Sequence record: SRR22947725_2636
DNA: 48,446 nucleotides
Direction: 5' to 3' (one strand)
Part shown: one piece after another, positions 32,659 through 42,494 of the stretch
Numbering within the stretch: position 1 is the stretch's first letter
Layout of the letters: each line of letters begins with the position of its first letter
Program-made: the position numbers and the translations under genes
Notes under the pieces: generated by a model
What the model was told of the DNA's origin: nothing
What the model saw: only the letters and a program-made list of their open reading frames with translations
The model's database searches: none

Positions 32659-33399
32659 ATGGAAAAAACCACCCACTTTGGCTATAAACAAGTCGACGTT
32701 AAAAAAAAACAAGGCCTTGTAAAAGGGGTCTTTGACTCAGTTGCAGGTAAATATGACCTCATGAATGATGTGATGTCAATGGGTACTCATCGACTCTGGA
32801 AAAACTACACTATTTCCAGTAGCAATGTTAAAGAGGGGGATCATGTTCTTGATATTGCTGGAGGCACTGGCGATCTGGCCATTAAGTTTAGAAAAAAAGT
32901 TGGCCCTTCTGGTAAAGTAATCCTTTCAGATATTAACGAATCTATGCTTCATGAGGGAAGAAAAAACCTTATCAATCATGGCATCATTGACGTCGAGTTC
33001 GTTCAAGCCAATGCTGAATTGTTGCCTTTTGAAGACAATACTTTTGACTGTGTAAGCATTGCCTTTGGACTCAGAAATGTTACCGACAAGGATGCTGCCT
33101 TAAAACAAATGTACCGTGTTTTAAAAAAAGGTGGAACTCTTTTAATCCTGGAATTTTCCAAGGTTGAAAATCAAATGCTAGAAAAAGCTTATGACTTCTA
33201 TTCATTTAATCTTATTCCTAAATTTGGAGAATATTTTGCAAATGATGAAGATAGCTATCAGTATCTTGCAGAGTCTATTCGAAAACACCCTGACCAAGAA
33301 ACCCTAAAAGCTATGGTTCTTGATGCTGGATTTGAGTTTTGTGAATTCCACAACCTAACCGGTGGAATCGTTGCACTTCATAAAGCAGTAAAGACTTAA
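32659..33399 (+). CDS. ubiE: Ubiquinone/menaquinone C-methyltransferase
   Basis: [43 protein letters not shown]. Confidence 0.98.
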   Translation: MEKTTHFGYKQVDVKKKQGLVKGVFDSVAGKYDLMNDVMSMGTHRLWKNYTISSSNVKEGDHVLDIAGGTGDLAIKFRKKVGPSGKVILSDINESMLHEGRKNLINHGIIDVEFVQANAELLPFEDNTFDCVSIAFGLRNVTDKDAALKQMYRVLKKGGTLLILEFSKVENQMLEKAYDFYSFNLIPKFGEYFANDEDSYQYLAESIRKHPDQETLKAMVLDAGFEFCEFHNLTGGIVALHKAVKT

Positions 33400-33404
33400 A
33401 CAAA

Positions 33405-33923
33405 ATGTTTCGTCTTGCCATTGAAAAAGCGCTCAACCATATGATCAATGCTAATAGCGTTGACATATCTCTCATTGATAATAAGATTATCAGCCTAAAT
33501 GTTGATGAGATTGACTTGAGTTTATTTTTTTTGTGTCTAAATGCTCGCATCTTTGTTATAAACAATACTCAAAACAAAAAAACTGATGTTGAAATAAGAA
33601 TGAATAAAGAATCGTTTTTGTCCTTATTTAAAGGTGTCACTTTAGAAGATTTAATCGAAAAAGAAGACATGGAAATCAATGGAAGCATTAAAACAGCACA
33701 ACAACTTGCAGACCTCCTGGCCTCATCGTCAATTGACATAGAAGAACTGATTTCACAATATACTGGTGACATTATTGCACACCAGGTTGGTCAATCATTT
33801 AAGCAGATTAAAAACATTTCATTAAAAAATGATGGTTCAATCATTGACACTTTAAAAGAAGAGCTAACCACCCTTTTAATAGCGCCCAGTCGATCAACAA
33901 TTTTTAAAGGCAGGTCATCATAA
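33405..33923 (+). CDS. ubiJ: UbiJ-like SCP2-domain ubiquinone biosynthesis accessory protein (short, divergent)
   Basis: Between ubiE and ubiB; DIEELISQYTGDIIAHQVG motif. Confidence 0.75.
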   Translation: MFRLAIEKALNHMINANSVDISLIDNKIISLNVDEIDLSLFFLCLNARIFVINNTQNKKTDVEIRMNKESFLSLFKGVTLEDLIEKEDMEINGSIKTAQQLADLLASSSIDIEELISQYTGDIIAHQVGQSFKQIKNISLKNDGSIIDTLKEELTTLLIAPSRSTIFKGRSS

Positions 33924-35528
33924 ATGAAGAGTTTGTTTCGATTTTTAAGTATTTTAAGAACACTAATTCGTTACAGGTTAGACCACTTAATACTCTCTAC
34001 TTCTTTTCTAAAAAGCCTAAACCCTTTAATCTATTTAACTCCGTGGCATTATTTTCCTAGCAAAAAGTTTTCAAGGGGCGAGCGGATTCGTTTGGCTCTT
34101 GAAGAGCTAGGGCCGATTTTTATTAAGTTCGGTCAAACTTTATCTACGCGCAGAGATCTTTTGCCTGATGACATTGGCATTGAACTAGCCAAACTTCAAG
34201 ATAAGTGTCCTCCTTTTCCTGCTGATGAGTCAAAAGCAATTATTGAAGATGCACTTGGTGGCGAAGTTTCCAAACTTTTTTCTTCCTTCGATGACACCCC
34301 CCTTGCTTCAGCCTCCATAGCACAAGTTCATACTGCTATAACTCAAAAAGGCGAAGAGATCATTGTTAAGGTGGTTCGCCCAGGAATTGAAAAACAAATT
34401 AAAAGAGATATTAGACTTTTATATACTTTAGCCAGCCTAGCTGAAAGACATCAGGATGGAAAAAGGCTTAGGCCAAAAGAAGCTGTTGCTGAATTTGAGA
34501 GCATTATTTACAACGAGCTAAACATGATGGTTGAGGCAGCTAATGCATCACTTTTAGGTAAAAATTTCAGCAACTCAAGCCTCTTGTATGTTCCTAAAGT
34601 TCACTGGGACCTTTGTCGTTCAAATGTCCTAGTTACTGAACGAATTTATGGAACTCCAGTAAATGACATAGAGGCCTTAAAAAAGAAAAATGTTGACTTT
34701 AAGTCTCTTGCAGAAGATGGTGTAATCATATTTTTTACTCAAGTATTCGACCATAACTTTTTCCACGCAGATATGCACCCTGGTAACATTTTTGTAGGTG
34801 AGAATAATCAATATACTGGTGTTGATTTTGGAATCATGGGCACGCTCACTGAAGCTGATCAGTATTATTTAGCTCAAAACTTTTTAGCTTTTTTCAACCA
34901 AGATTACAAAAAAGTATCCCAAGTTCACTTAGAGTCTGGATGGATTCCTGAGGGAACTAATGTTATGGAATTTGAAAATGCCATAAGAAGCGTTTGTGAG
35001 CCAATTTTTGAAAAACCTCTCAGTGAAATTTCTTTTGGTCAAGTTTTATTGAGCCTGCTTAAGGAAGCAAAGCGTTTTGACATGGAGGTGCAACCTCAGC
35101 TACTTCTGCTATATAAGACATTGCTTAATATTGAGGGCTTAGGACGTTCTCTTTATCCTGATCTTGACCTTTGGGCCACAGCAAAACCTTATCTAGAAAA
35201 GCTTGCTAAAGAAAAGTTTAGCCTCAAAAGCACTCTAAGGAAAATGTCTGATCAGATGCCTCAGCTCATTTCAGAGCTACCTGAATTACCAATGCTGTTA
35301 ATTAATGCTCTTAAAGAAATTGAAAGCGGTTCATTTAAGAAAGAAAACTCAAAAAAACAAACTGAAGCCATCGTGTCTCAACTTAAAGAGAATGCAACTA
35401 AACAGCGATCGGCAATTTTTGCTCTAGTGTTCATAATAAGTGCAGGATTACTTGCCACCCAATCAGCCTGGGTTTTGACTATTGCCAGCTCAACTTTCGG
35501 TATTATATTTTGGCTAAAGTCACGATAG
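33924..35528 (+). CDS. ubiB: Ubiquinone biosynthesis kinase-like protein UbiB
   Basis: LGPIFIKFGQ.LSTRRDL, ASASIAQVH, FFHADMHPGNI, DFGIMG. Confidence 0.97.
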   Translation: MKSLFRFLSILRTLIRYRLDHLILSTSFLKSLNPLIYLTPWHYFPSKKFSRGERIRLALEELGPIFIKFGQTLSTRRDLLPDDIGIELAKLQDKCPPFPADESKAIIEDALGGEVSKLFSSFDDTPLASASIAQVHTAITQKGEEIIVKVVRPGIEKQIKRDIRLLYTLASLAERHQDGKRLRPKEAVAEFESIIYNELNMMVEAANASLLGKNFSNSSLLYVPKVHWDLCRSNVLVTERIYGTPVNDIEALKKKNVDFKSLAEDGVIIFFTQVFDHNFFHADMHPGNIFVGENNQYTGVDFGIMGTLTEADQYYLAQNFLAFFNQDYKKVSQVHLESGWIPEGTNVMEFENAIRSVCEPIFEKPLSEISFGQVLLSLLKEAKRFDMEVQPQLLLLYKTLLNIEGLGRSLYPDLDLWATAKPYLEKLAKEKFSLKSTLRKMSDQMPQLISELPELPMLLINALKEIESGSFKKENSKKQTEAIVSQLKENATKQRSAIFALVFIISAGLLATQSAWVLTIASSTFGIIFWLKSR

Positions 35529-35566
35529 AGAAATTTAGTTATTGGAAAAAGATTTCAGGTAAAATG

Positions 35567-35650
35567 TTCCCCCAGTCTATCTGGTCGCAAGATAGACAAA
35601 TTGGTTGCACCGCATGATGCGGTGTTTTTTCATTTAATGGAGAACTCAAA
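35567..35650 (+). ncRNA. Structured rplY (L25) leader RNA
   Basis: Hairpin GTCTATCT-GGTCGCA-AGATAGAC (35575-35597) and hairpin GCACCGCA-TGA-TGCGGTGT (35607-35625); TAAAAT at 35560-35565; GGAG SD. Structured autoregulatory rplY leaders are known in Gammaproteobacteria. Confidence 0.7.
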
Positions 35651-36343
35651 ATGAGCATTACAGTAAACGCCATAGAGCGTAAAGACCAGGGGAAAGGTGC
35701 GAGCCGCCGCCTGAGAAAAGAAGAGAAAGTTCCTAGCATTATTTATGGTGGCAAAGCTGCCCCAAAAATGATTTCGCTTAGCATTCACGAAATCACTCAC
35801 TTACTAGAGGATGAAAATACATTTACATCTGTATTAGACTTGGTTGTGGGAAAAGAGACAGATTCTGTCGTTCTAAAAGACATACAGCGCCATCCCGCAA
35901 AAAATGTTGTTACTCACATTGACTTTTTACGAGTAGATTCCAAACAAACTCTGGTTACAAATTCACCACTTCACTTTATTGGTGTGGAAGAGAATGAGGC
36001 GTTAAGACTAGGCAATATGCTTAATCAGTTTGTTGTTTCTGTTGAAATCTCTTGTCTACCAAAGGATCTTCCTCATGGTATTGACGTAGATGTAACTAAG
36101 CTTGAAATTGGCGATCATCTCTCATTAACGGATCTAGTATTGCCTGAAGGTGTTGTAATTACCTCACTTCAACATGAGGATATTGAAGCACATGACCAAA
36201 CAGTATGCTCTGTCTCAGAACCTAAGATTGTTGAAGAGGAAGAGGAAGAAGTTATTGAGGGTGAAGAAGGCTCTGAAGATGTTGACGCAGACCAAGCTGA
36301 TGAATCTGAAGGCTCAAATAATGATGGTGACGATACAGAATAA
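35651..36343 (+). CDS. rplY: 50S ribosomal protein L25 / Ctc form with acidic tail
   Basis: GKGASRRLR, VP.IIYG, DIQRHP, HIDFLRV, CLPKDLP; rplY-pth-ychF synteny. Confidence 0.97.
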   Translation: MSITVNAIERKDQGKGASRRLRKEEKVPSIIYGGKAAPKMISLSIHEITHLLEDENTFTSVLDLVVGKETDSVVLKDIQRHPAKNVVTHIDFLRVDSKQTLVTNSPLHFIGVEENEALRLGNMLNQFVVSVEISCLPKDLPHGIDVDVTKLEIGDHLSLTDLVLPEGVVITSLQHEDIEAHDQTVCSVSEPKIVEEEEEEVIEGEEGSEDVDADQADESEGSNNDGDDTE

Positions 36344-36391
36344 AGTATCGTCAGCCTTGTTGTCTCAACAAGCGTAAAATGAAGCGTTGTA

Positions 36392-36958
36392 ATGATTAAA
36401 CTAATTGTTGGACTGGGAAACCCCGGAAAAAATTATCAGGAACATCGTCACAACGCTGGCTTTTGGTTTGTTGAGTCTCTAGCTTCTATTAAAGACTCTA
36501 AATTTACAAGTCAGTCGAAGTTTTTAGGAGAAACTACGAGCGTTGCCTTTGGCTCAAACAAGGTTTTTCTTCTTAAGCCCCAAACTTTTATGAACAGCTC
36601 TGGCGGATCTATTAAAAGCTTCCTAAGCTACTATGATATTTCACCAGAAGAGACTTTGGTTGTGCATGATGAGCTTGACTTGCCTATTGGCGCTGTCAAA
36701 ATAAAGCTTGCTGGTGGTCATGGCGGTCATAATGGACTGAGAGATACCATAAAAGCGCTTAACTCAAAGGACTTTTACCGCCTTAGAATTGGAGTCGCTC
36801 ATCCAGGCTCTAAAGATGATGTAGTAGATTATGTTCTTAATGCTCCCGGTAAATCTGAATTAAGCAGCATAGAACAGGGGATGTCAAATGCAATGAGCAT
36901 TATTGATCTCTTAGTGAATGGAAATTTTGAAGATGCTATGAAAGCTCTTCACACATAG
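36392..36958 (+). CDS. pth: Peptidyl-tRNA hydrolase
   Basis: LIVGLGNPG, RHNAGF, KPQTFMN.SG, HDELDL, GHGGHNGL. Confidence 0.98.
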   Translation: MIKLIVGLGNPGKNYQEHRHNAGFWFVESLASIKDSKFTSQSKFLGETTSVAFGSNKVFLLKPQTFMNSSGGSIKSFLSYYDISPEETLVVHDELDLPIGAVKIKLAGGHGGHNGLRDTIKALNSKDFYRLRIGVAHPGSKDDVVDYVLNAPGKSELSSIEQGMSNAMSIIDLLVNGNFEDAMKALHT

Positions 36959-36973
36959 TATTGGAGAAAGATA

Positions 36974-38065
36974 ATGGGTTTTAAATGTGGCATTGTTGGA
37001 TTGCCAAATGTTGGAAAGTCGACGCTATTTAATGCCCTGACTAAAGCTGGAATAGACTCAGAAAACTATCCTTTTTGTACAATTGAGCCCAATATTGGAA
37101 TCGTTCCAGTAAATGACTCCCGATTACAAAGCCTTGCAAACATTGTAAGTCCTGAAAAGATCCTGCCAACAACCATGGAATTTGTTGACATAGCTGGACT
37201 TGTTGAAGGTGCGTCAAAAGGAGAAGGCTTGGGGAACCAATTTCTCTCAAATATTCGTGAGACAGATGCCATTCTTCATGTTGTAAGGTGTTTTGAAAAT
37301 GAGGATATTATCCATGTTTCAGGCAAAGTCAACCCACTTGATGACATAGAAACGATTAATACAGAGCTTGCTTTAGCAGACCTTTTTAGCGTTGAAAAAG
37401 CTTACCAAAAGGCTATAAAAAATACCAAATCTGGTCAAAAAGAAGGCTTACCTTTAAAAAACCTGCTTGAAAAAATTCTGCCAATACTTGAAGAGGGTTT
37501 AGCTGTTAGATCACTAGATCTCAATGAAGATGAAGACAAGCTTGCAAAAGGACTTCAGCTTCTCACGTCCAAACCTGTCCTGTATGTTGCTAATGTCAAT
37601 GAGGATGGATTTGAAAATAATGCACATCTAACAACTTTGACTAATTATGCGTCCAAAGAGAGAAGCCAAGTTGTATCGGTGTGTGCAGATATTGAGGCTG
37701 AAATTGCAGAACTTGAAGAAGAAGATAAACAAGGTTTTTTAGATGAAATGGGACAGACTGAGTCTGGACTCGATCGCTTAATCAAAGCGTGCTATAAGCT
37801 CCTTGGACTGCACACATATTTTACAGCTGGGCCCAAAGAAGTTAGGGCCTGGACAATTAATATTGGAGATTCTGCGCCGGCGGCCGCAGGTAAAATACAT
37901 GGAGACTTTGAAAAGGGCTTTATTCGCGCTGAAACAATCTCTTACAATGACTTTATAGAAAATCAGGGCGAAAAAGGAGCTAAAGACGCTGGCAAGTTAC
38001 GCTCTGAAGGAAAAGAATATGTTGTTAAAGATGGAGATGTTGTTCACTTCTTATTTAATGTTTAA
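36974..38065 (+). CDS. ychF: Ribosome-binding ATPase YchF
   Basis: [34 protein letters not shown]. Confidence 0.98.
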   Translation: MGFKCGIVGLPNVGKSTLFNALTKAGIDSENYPFCTIEPNIGIVPVNDSRLQSLANIVSPEKILPTTMEFVDIAGLVEGASKGEGLGNQFLSNIRETDAILHVVRCFENEDIIHVSGKVNPLDDIETINTELALADLFSVEKAYQKAIKNTKSGQKEGLPLKNLLEKILPILEEGLAVRSLDLNEDEDKLAKGLQLLTSKPVLYVANVNEDGFENNAHLTTLTNYASKERSQVVSVCADIEAEIAELEEEDKQGFLDEMGQTESGLDRLIKACYKLLGLHTYFTAGPKEVRAWTINIGDSAPAAAGKIHGDFEKGFIRAETISYNDFIENQGEKGAKDAGKLRSEGKEYVVKDGDVVHFLFNV

Positions 38066-38077
38066 GTGTCCTCACAA

Positions 38078-39604
38078 ATGAAAAATACAAAATTACTTCT
38101 AATTCTTGACGGATGGGGCTATTCAAGTAATTCTGCAAATAATGCTATTGCTCTAGCAAAAACGCCAAACTGGGATCTCTTTATAAAAAACTATCCTAAT
38201 ACACTTATTGGAACTTCCGGAGAAAGCGTTGGTCTGCCTATAGGTCAAATGGGAAACTCTGAAGTAGGTCACCTAACAATAGGATCTGGAAGAATTATTG
38301 AACAAGACTTTACTAGAATTGACAATGACATCGACTCTGGTGAATTTTTTAACAATAAAACTCTTTGTAAAGCTCTAGAACTGGCGTCTCAAAACAATAA
38401 AGCTGTCCACATTCTTGGCTTATTATCGGATGGCGGCGTTCACTCTCATCAAAATCATATTTTTGCAGCACTTGAGCTTGCCAAACAAAAAAACTGTAAC
38501 CAAGTTTATTTTCATGTCTTTACCGATGGTCGTGATACCCCGCCAAACAGCGCCTCAAAATATATCGAACAACTAGAATCTAAAATTTCAGAAACAAATG
38601 TTGGAAGAATCGTCTCAGTAGTTGGCCGCTTTTATGCAATGGATAGAGATAACAGATGGGAGAGGGTTGCTCAGGCTTATGATTTAATTTCTGGAGAGAA
38701 GGCTGAGCGCTCTTCACAGAGCGCAATAGAGGCCATTCAACAGGCATATAAATTAGGTGAAAATGATGAGTTTATAGCTCCAACATCAATTGGTGAGGCC
38801 GTTAAAATCAATCAAGATGACCTTGTAATCTTTATGAATTACCGAGCAGACAGAGCAAGAGAAATAACGCTTGCTCTTACCTCTAGAGCATTTGATGAGT
38901 TTAGCCGAAAACATTTTGTGAAGTGCAATTTTATTTGTCTAACAGAATATAAAAAAGACCTTAATCTAGAGTGTGCTTATCCGCCAATTTCAGTTAAAAA
39001 TACCCTTGGTGACTGTGTCTCTAGCTCTGGATTCAATCAACTAAGGATTGCTGAAACAGAAAAATACGCTCACGTTACTTTTTTCTTTAATGGTGGCGAG
39101 GAAGAAATCCTGCCTGGAGAAGATAGAAGGCTCATTCAATCGCCCAATGTCAAAACATATGACCTTCAGCCAGAAATGAGCGCATATGAGCTTACTGATA
39201 ACCTTATTTCTGCGCTAGAAGAAAACAAATATAAGTTAATTGTATGTAACTTTGCCAATACTGATATGGTTGGCCATACTGGTAATCTAGATGCTGCTAT
39301 TAAAGCTGTAGAAGCGGTTGACAATTGTCTCGGCAAAATCTACAAAGCGGCCTCAGAGAATGCTACTGAGATTTTGATCACTGCTGACCATGGAAATGCA
39401 GAGCAGATGGTTGACTCTAATACTCAGAAGAGCCATACTGCTCACACCACAAATCCAGTGCCATTAATTTATATTGGAAAAAAGAAAGCCTCACTACTGG
39501 GACCACATCTTGGTACACTTGCAGACTTGGCACCAACACTTTTAGCCCTCATGGACATTAAACAACCTGCTGAGATGTCTGGCCAAAACCTTTTAATTGA
39601 GTAA
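38078..39604 (+). CDS. gpmI: 2,3-bisphosphoglycerate-independent phosphoglycerate mutase (alternative GTG start 38066)
   Basis: [54 protein letters not shown]. Confidence 0.98.
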   Translation: MKNTKLLLILDGWGYSSNSANNAIALAKTPNWDLFIKNYPNTLIGTSGESVGLPIGQMGNSEVGHLTIGSGRIIEQDFTRIDNDIDSGEFFNNKTLCKALELASQNNKAVHILGLLSDGGVHSHQNHIFAALELAKQKNCNQVYFHVFTDGRDTPPNSASKYIEQLESKISETNVGRIVSVVGRFYAMDRDNRWERVAQAYDLISGEKAERSSQSAIEAIQQAYKLGENDEFIAPTSIGEAVKINQDDLVIFMNYRADRAREITLALTSRAFDEFSRKHFVKCNFICLTEYKKDLNLECAYPPISVKNTLGDCVSSSGFNQLRIAETEKYAHVTFFFNGGEEEILPGEDRRLIQSPNVKTYDLQPEMSAYELTDNLISALEENKYKLIVCNFANTDMVGHTGNLDAAIKAVEAVDNCLGKIYKAASENATEILITADHGNAEQMVDSNTQKSHTAHTTNPVPLIYIGKKKASLLGPHLGTLADLAPTLLALMDIKQPAEMSGQNLLIE

Positions 39605-39615
39605 CGGAGATAATC

Positions 39616-40290
39616 ATGAAACAAGACAATTTTATTGCGCCTTCAATTCTCTCTGCAGATTTTGCCAAACTCGGCGAAGAGGTTGATAACGTTTTAGTTG
39701 CGGGTGCTGATATAGTGCATTTTGATGTGATGGACAATCATTATGTACCCAATCTAACAATTGGCCCTTTAGTTTGTGAAGCATTAAGAAACCATGGCGT
39801 AACTGCACCAATTGACGTCCATCTCATGGTCAAACCTGTGGACAGAATCATCCCTGACTTTGCTAGTGCTGGCGCCTCGTATATCACCTTTCATCCTGAG
39901 GCTTCAGATCATGTTGACCGTACGATTGGCCTGATTAAAGAAAGCGGCTGTAAAGCTGGACTAGTTTTTAATCCAGCCACACCTCTTCACTATCTAGAGC
40001 ATACAATTGAACAACTCGATATGGTGTTGCTAATGTCCGTTAATCCAGGCTTTGGAGGACAATCTTTTATCCCTCATACTCTAGAAAAATTAAAAACTGT
40101 CAGAAAACTAATTGACTCTCATGGCTTGGCAACAAGGCTTGAGATTGATGGCGGAGTTAAGATTGACAACATTAAAGAAATAGCCTCTGCCGGTGCTGAT
40201 ACATTTGTTGCAGGGTCTGCTATTTTTAATACTGAAAACTACAAAGCGACAATTGATAAAATGCGCTCAGAGCTGGCTATAGCAAAGTAG
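39616..40290 (+). CDS. rpe: Ribulose-phosphate 3-epimerase
   Basis: [34 protein letters not shown]. Confidence 0.98.
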   Translation: MKQDNFIAPSILSADFAKLGEEVDNVLVAGADIVHFDVMDNHYVPNLTIGPLVCEALRNHGVTAPIDVHLMVKPVDRIIPDFASAGASYITFHPEASDHVDRTIGLIKESGCKAGLVFNPATPLHYLEHTIEQLDMVLLMSVNPGFGGQSFIPHTLEKLKTVRKLIDSHGLATRLEIDGGVKIDNIKEIASAGADTFVAGSAIFNTENYKATIDKMRSELAIAK

Positions 40291-40401
40291 CTTTTTATAA
40301 GCTTAAAGGTCTCAATTTTCGAAAGTAAATTCGCGTAATTTCAAAACAACTCTTCAATTAGTTGTGAGAAAATATTAGTTTGTTTTCTAAAACTATTGCT
40401 T

Positions 40402-41703
40402 ATGGGTAAGTCTTCCTTTTTTGGGCCTGAAACTATTTCGCTTCACACTGGGTATCAACCAGACCCTTCGTTTGGTAGTCGCGCCGTCCCGGTTTACCAA
40501 ACAACATCTTATGTCTTCGAAACTGTAGATGATGCCGCTGCACTCTTTAACATAGAAAAAGGTGGTCACATATATAGCCGCATGACTAATCCAACAGTGG
40601 CTGTTTTAGAACAGAGAATTGCTGCACTTGAAGGGGGTGTTGGAGCAATCTGTACGGCTTCTGGAATGAGCGCCCTGTTTGTAACATTTGTAAGCTTATG
40701 TTCAGCTGGTGATCATATTGTAAGCGCCTCACAAATTTATGGGTCAACAGCGACTCTTCTTAAACACACACTTAAACGGTTTAATATTGATTGCACTTTT
40801 GTGTCTATTAATGATGAAAAAGCACTTAAATCTGCCATTCAAGAAAATACAAAACTTATTTTTTGTGAATCGATTGGCAACCCTGGGCTTGAGGTTTCAG
40901 ATCTTCCAAAAATTTCAAAAATAGCTCATCAAAATAGCTTGCCGCTCATAGTTGATGCAACTTTTTCAACGCCTATCCTTTGTAAACCTTTTGATCATGG
41001 CGTTGATGTTGTAGTTCACTCTGTGACTAAGTGGATGGGGGGTCATGGTGTTGCCGTTGGAGGAGTCATTGTTGATGGCGGAGCTTTTGACTGGGGCTCC
41101 TCTAAGAAACACCCTGTCCTCACTACTCCATACGAGCCATTTCATGGAATAAACTTCTGGGAGGAGTTTGGACCGTCAGCTCTTTCAATGAAAATTAGAG
41201 CTGAGTCTATGCGTGACTTTGGCCCTGCAATGAGTCCTCATAGTGCGTTCTTACTTCTCCAAGGAATTGAAACCCTTAGTCTGCGAATGAATCAACATGT
41301 AAAAAATGCGCTAAAACTTGCAAAATGGCTTCTTGAGCAATCCGCAGTTATGTGGGTTAATCATCCTGACTTGCCCGAAAATCCTACCTATGAAATTGCA
41401 AAAGCACTTTTCCCTAATGGTGCTGGATCAATGCTATGCTTCGGTGTTAAAGGAGGAAGAGAGGGTGGAGCAGCATTCATTAATGCTCTTAAATTATCTT
41501 CAAATTTAGCAAATGTTGGTGATTCTAGAACTTTGGTTTTGCATCCAGCTAGCACAACTCACTCTCGCCTTGATGATGAAGCGATGAAGGCTTCAGGCAC
41601 TAGTCCTGACTTAATTCGAGTTTCAGTTGGAATAGAGTCTGTTTCAGATATTATTAATGATTTTAAAATCGGCCTTAAGGCAGTAGAAAAGGCAACTTCA
41701 TAA
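40402..41703 (+). CDS. metY: O-acetylhomoserine aminocarboxypropyltransferase / sulfhydrylase (MetY family, PLP)
   Basis: P.YQTTSYVF, IYSRMTNPT, HSVTKWMGGHG (PLP Lys), ANVGDSRTLV.HPASTTH, IRVSVG.E; ATG at 40402 chosen. Confidence 0.88.
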   Translation: MGKSSFFGPETISLHTGYQPDPSFGSRAVPVYQTTSYVFETVDDAAALFNIEKGGHIYSRMTNPTVAVLEQRIAALEGGVGAICTASGMSALFVTFVSLCSAGDHIVSASQIYGSTATLLKHTLKRFNIDCTFVSINDEKALKSAIQENTKLIFCESIGNPGLEVSDLPKISKIAHQNSLPLIVDATFSTPILCKPFDHGVDVVVHSVTKWMGGHGVAVGGVIVDGGAFDWGSSKKHPVLTTPYEPFHGINFWEEFGPSALSMKIRAESMRDFGPAMSPHSAFLLLQGIETLSLRMNQHVKNALKLAKWLLEQSAVMWVNHPDLPENPTYEIAKALFPNGAGSMLCFGVKGGREGGAAFINALKLSSNLANVGDSRTLVLHPASTTHSRLDDEAMKASGTSPDLIRVSVGIESVSDIINDFKIGLKAVEKATS

Positions 41704-42494
41704 TGAACATTGTTGTTGAAGGAGTAAATATATTTGCAGCAACTGGAGGATGTGCTTTTGACCCAAAAAAACCGACAGTGGTTTTTGTTCATGGAAGTGG
41801 GCTAGATCATAGATCATGGGCTCTTCAGTCAAGATGGTTTGCATTTCATGGTTACTCAGTTTTTGCGCCTGACTTTCCAGGTCACAGCCTGTCAGAAGGG
41901 GAGCCCCTAAAGTCAATAGAGAGCATGGGCAAATGGCTTGTGAAAGCTATCAAGCATTCTGGTGCAGAATCTGTACATCTTGTAGGACACTCTCAGGGCT
42001 TTCTTGTTGCTTTAGAAGCTGCAACTTTACTGGGAGAAAAGATAAAATCCCTAACAGCAGTTGCTAGCGCCTCTGCAATTCCTGTTAACGAGTCTCTAGT
42101 CGAAACTGCCAAAAAAAATACTGAAGAAGCTGCTGAGATGCTTTTAAAATGGGGCTTTGGATCTCTATCTCATTCAGGCAGTAGTGCCATTCCTGGAATG
42201 CAACCGATAGGTATTGGACGACAAATCATGTCAAAGAATCCATTAGCTGAAGACCTCTTGGCTTGCAATAACTACAAAAATGGAGCTAACTGTGCAAAAG
42301 CAATTAAAGTGCCCTCAAATGTAATTCTGGCAACTGAAGATAAAAATACTCCTTACAAATTTGGACTAGAATTAGCAGAGCTGCTGGGTGCAAAGACAAC
42401 AACCATTTCTGGTGCTGGACATATGCTCCCTATAGAGTCGCCAAAAAGTACTTTAGATGCTATTAAAACATTCATTTTAAAAACAAGCTCATGA
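41703..42494 (+). CDS. Alpha/beta hydrolase coupled to metY
   Basis: FVHGSG, PDFPGHS, GHSQG nucleophile elbow, EDKNTP (Asp), AGHML (His); TAATG overlap with metY. Confidence 0.9.
   Translation: MNIVVEGVNIFAATGGCAFDPKKPTVVFVHGSGLDHRSWALQSRWFAFHGYSVFAPDFPGHSLSEGEPLKSIESMGKWLVKAIKHSGAESVHLVGHSQGFLVALEAATLLGEKIKSLTAVASASAIPVNESLVETAKKNTEEAAEMLLKWGFGSLSHSGSSAIPGMQPIGIGRQIMSKNPLAEDLLACNNYKNGANCAKAIKVPSNVILATEDKNTPYKFGLELAELLGAKTTTISGAGHMLPIESPKSTLDAIKTFILKTSS

Noticed and set aside
36230-36343. Acidic low-complexity tail of L25 as a novel repeat
   Set aside because: Common feature of Ctc-type L25 proteins
40291-40401. SAM riboswitch upstream of metY
   Set aside because: Only two weak AT-rich hairpins (ACAACT/AGTTGT and AGAAAATA/TGTTTTCT); no SAM-I, II, V or SAM-SAH consensus recognised. 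An Infernal scan would settle it.
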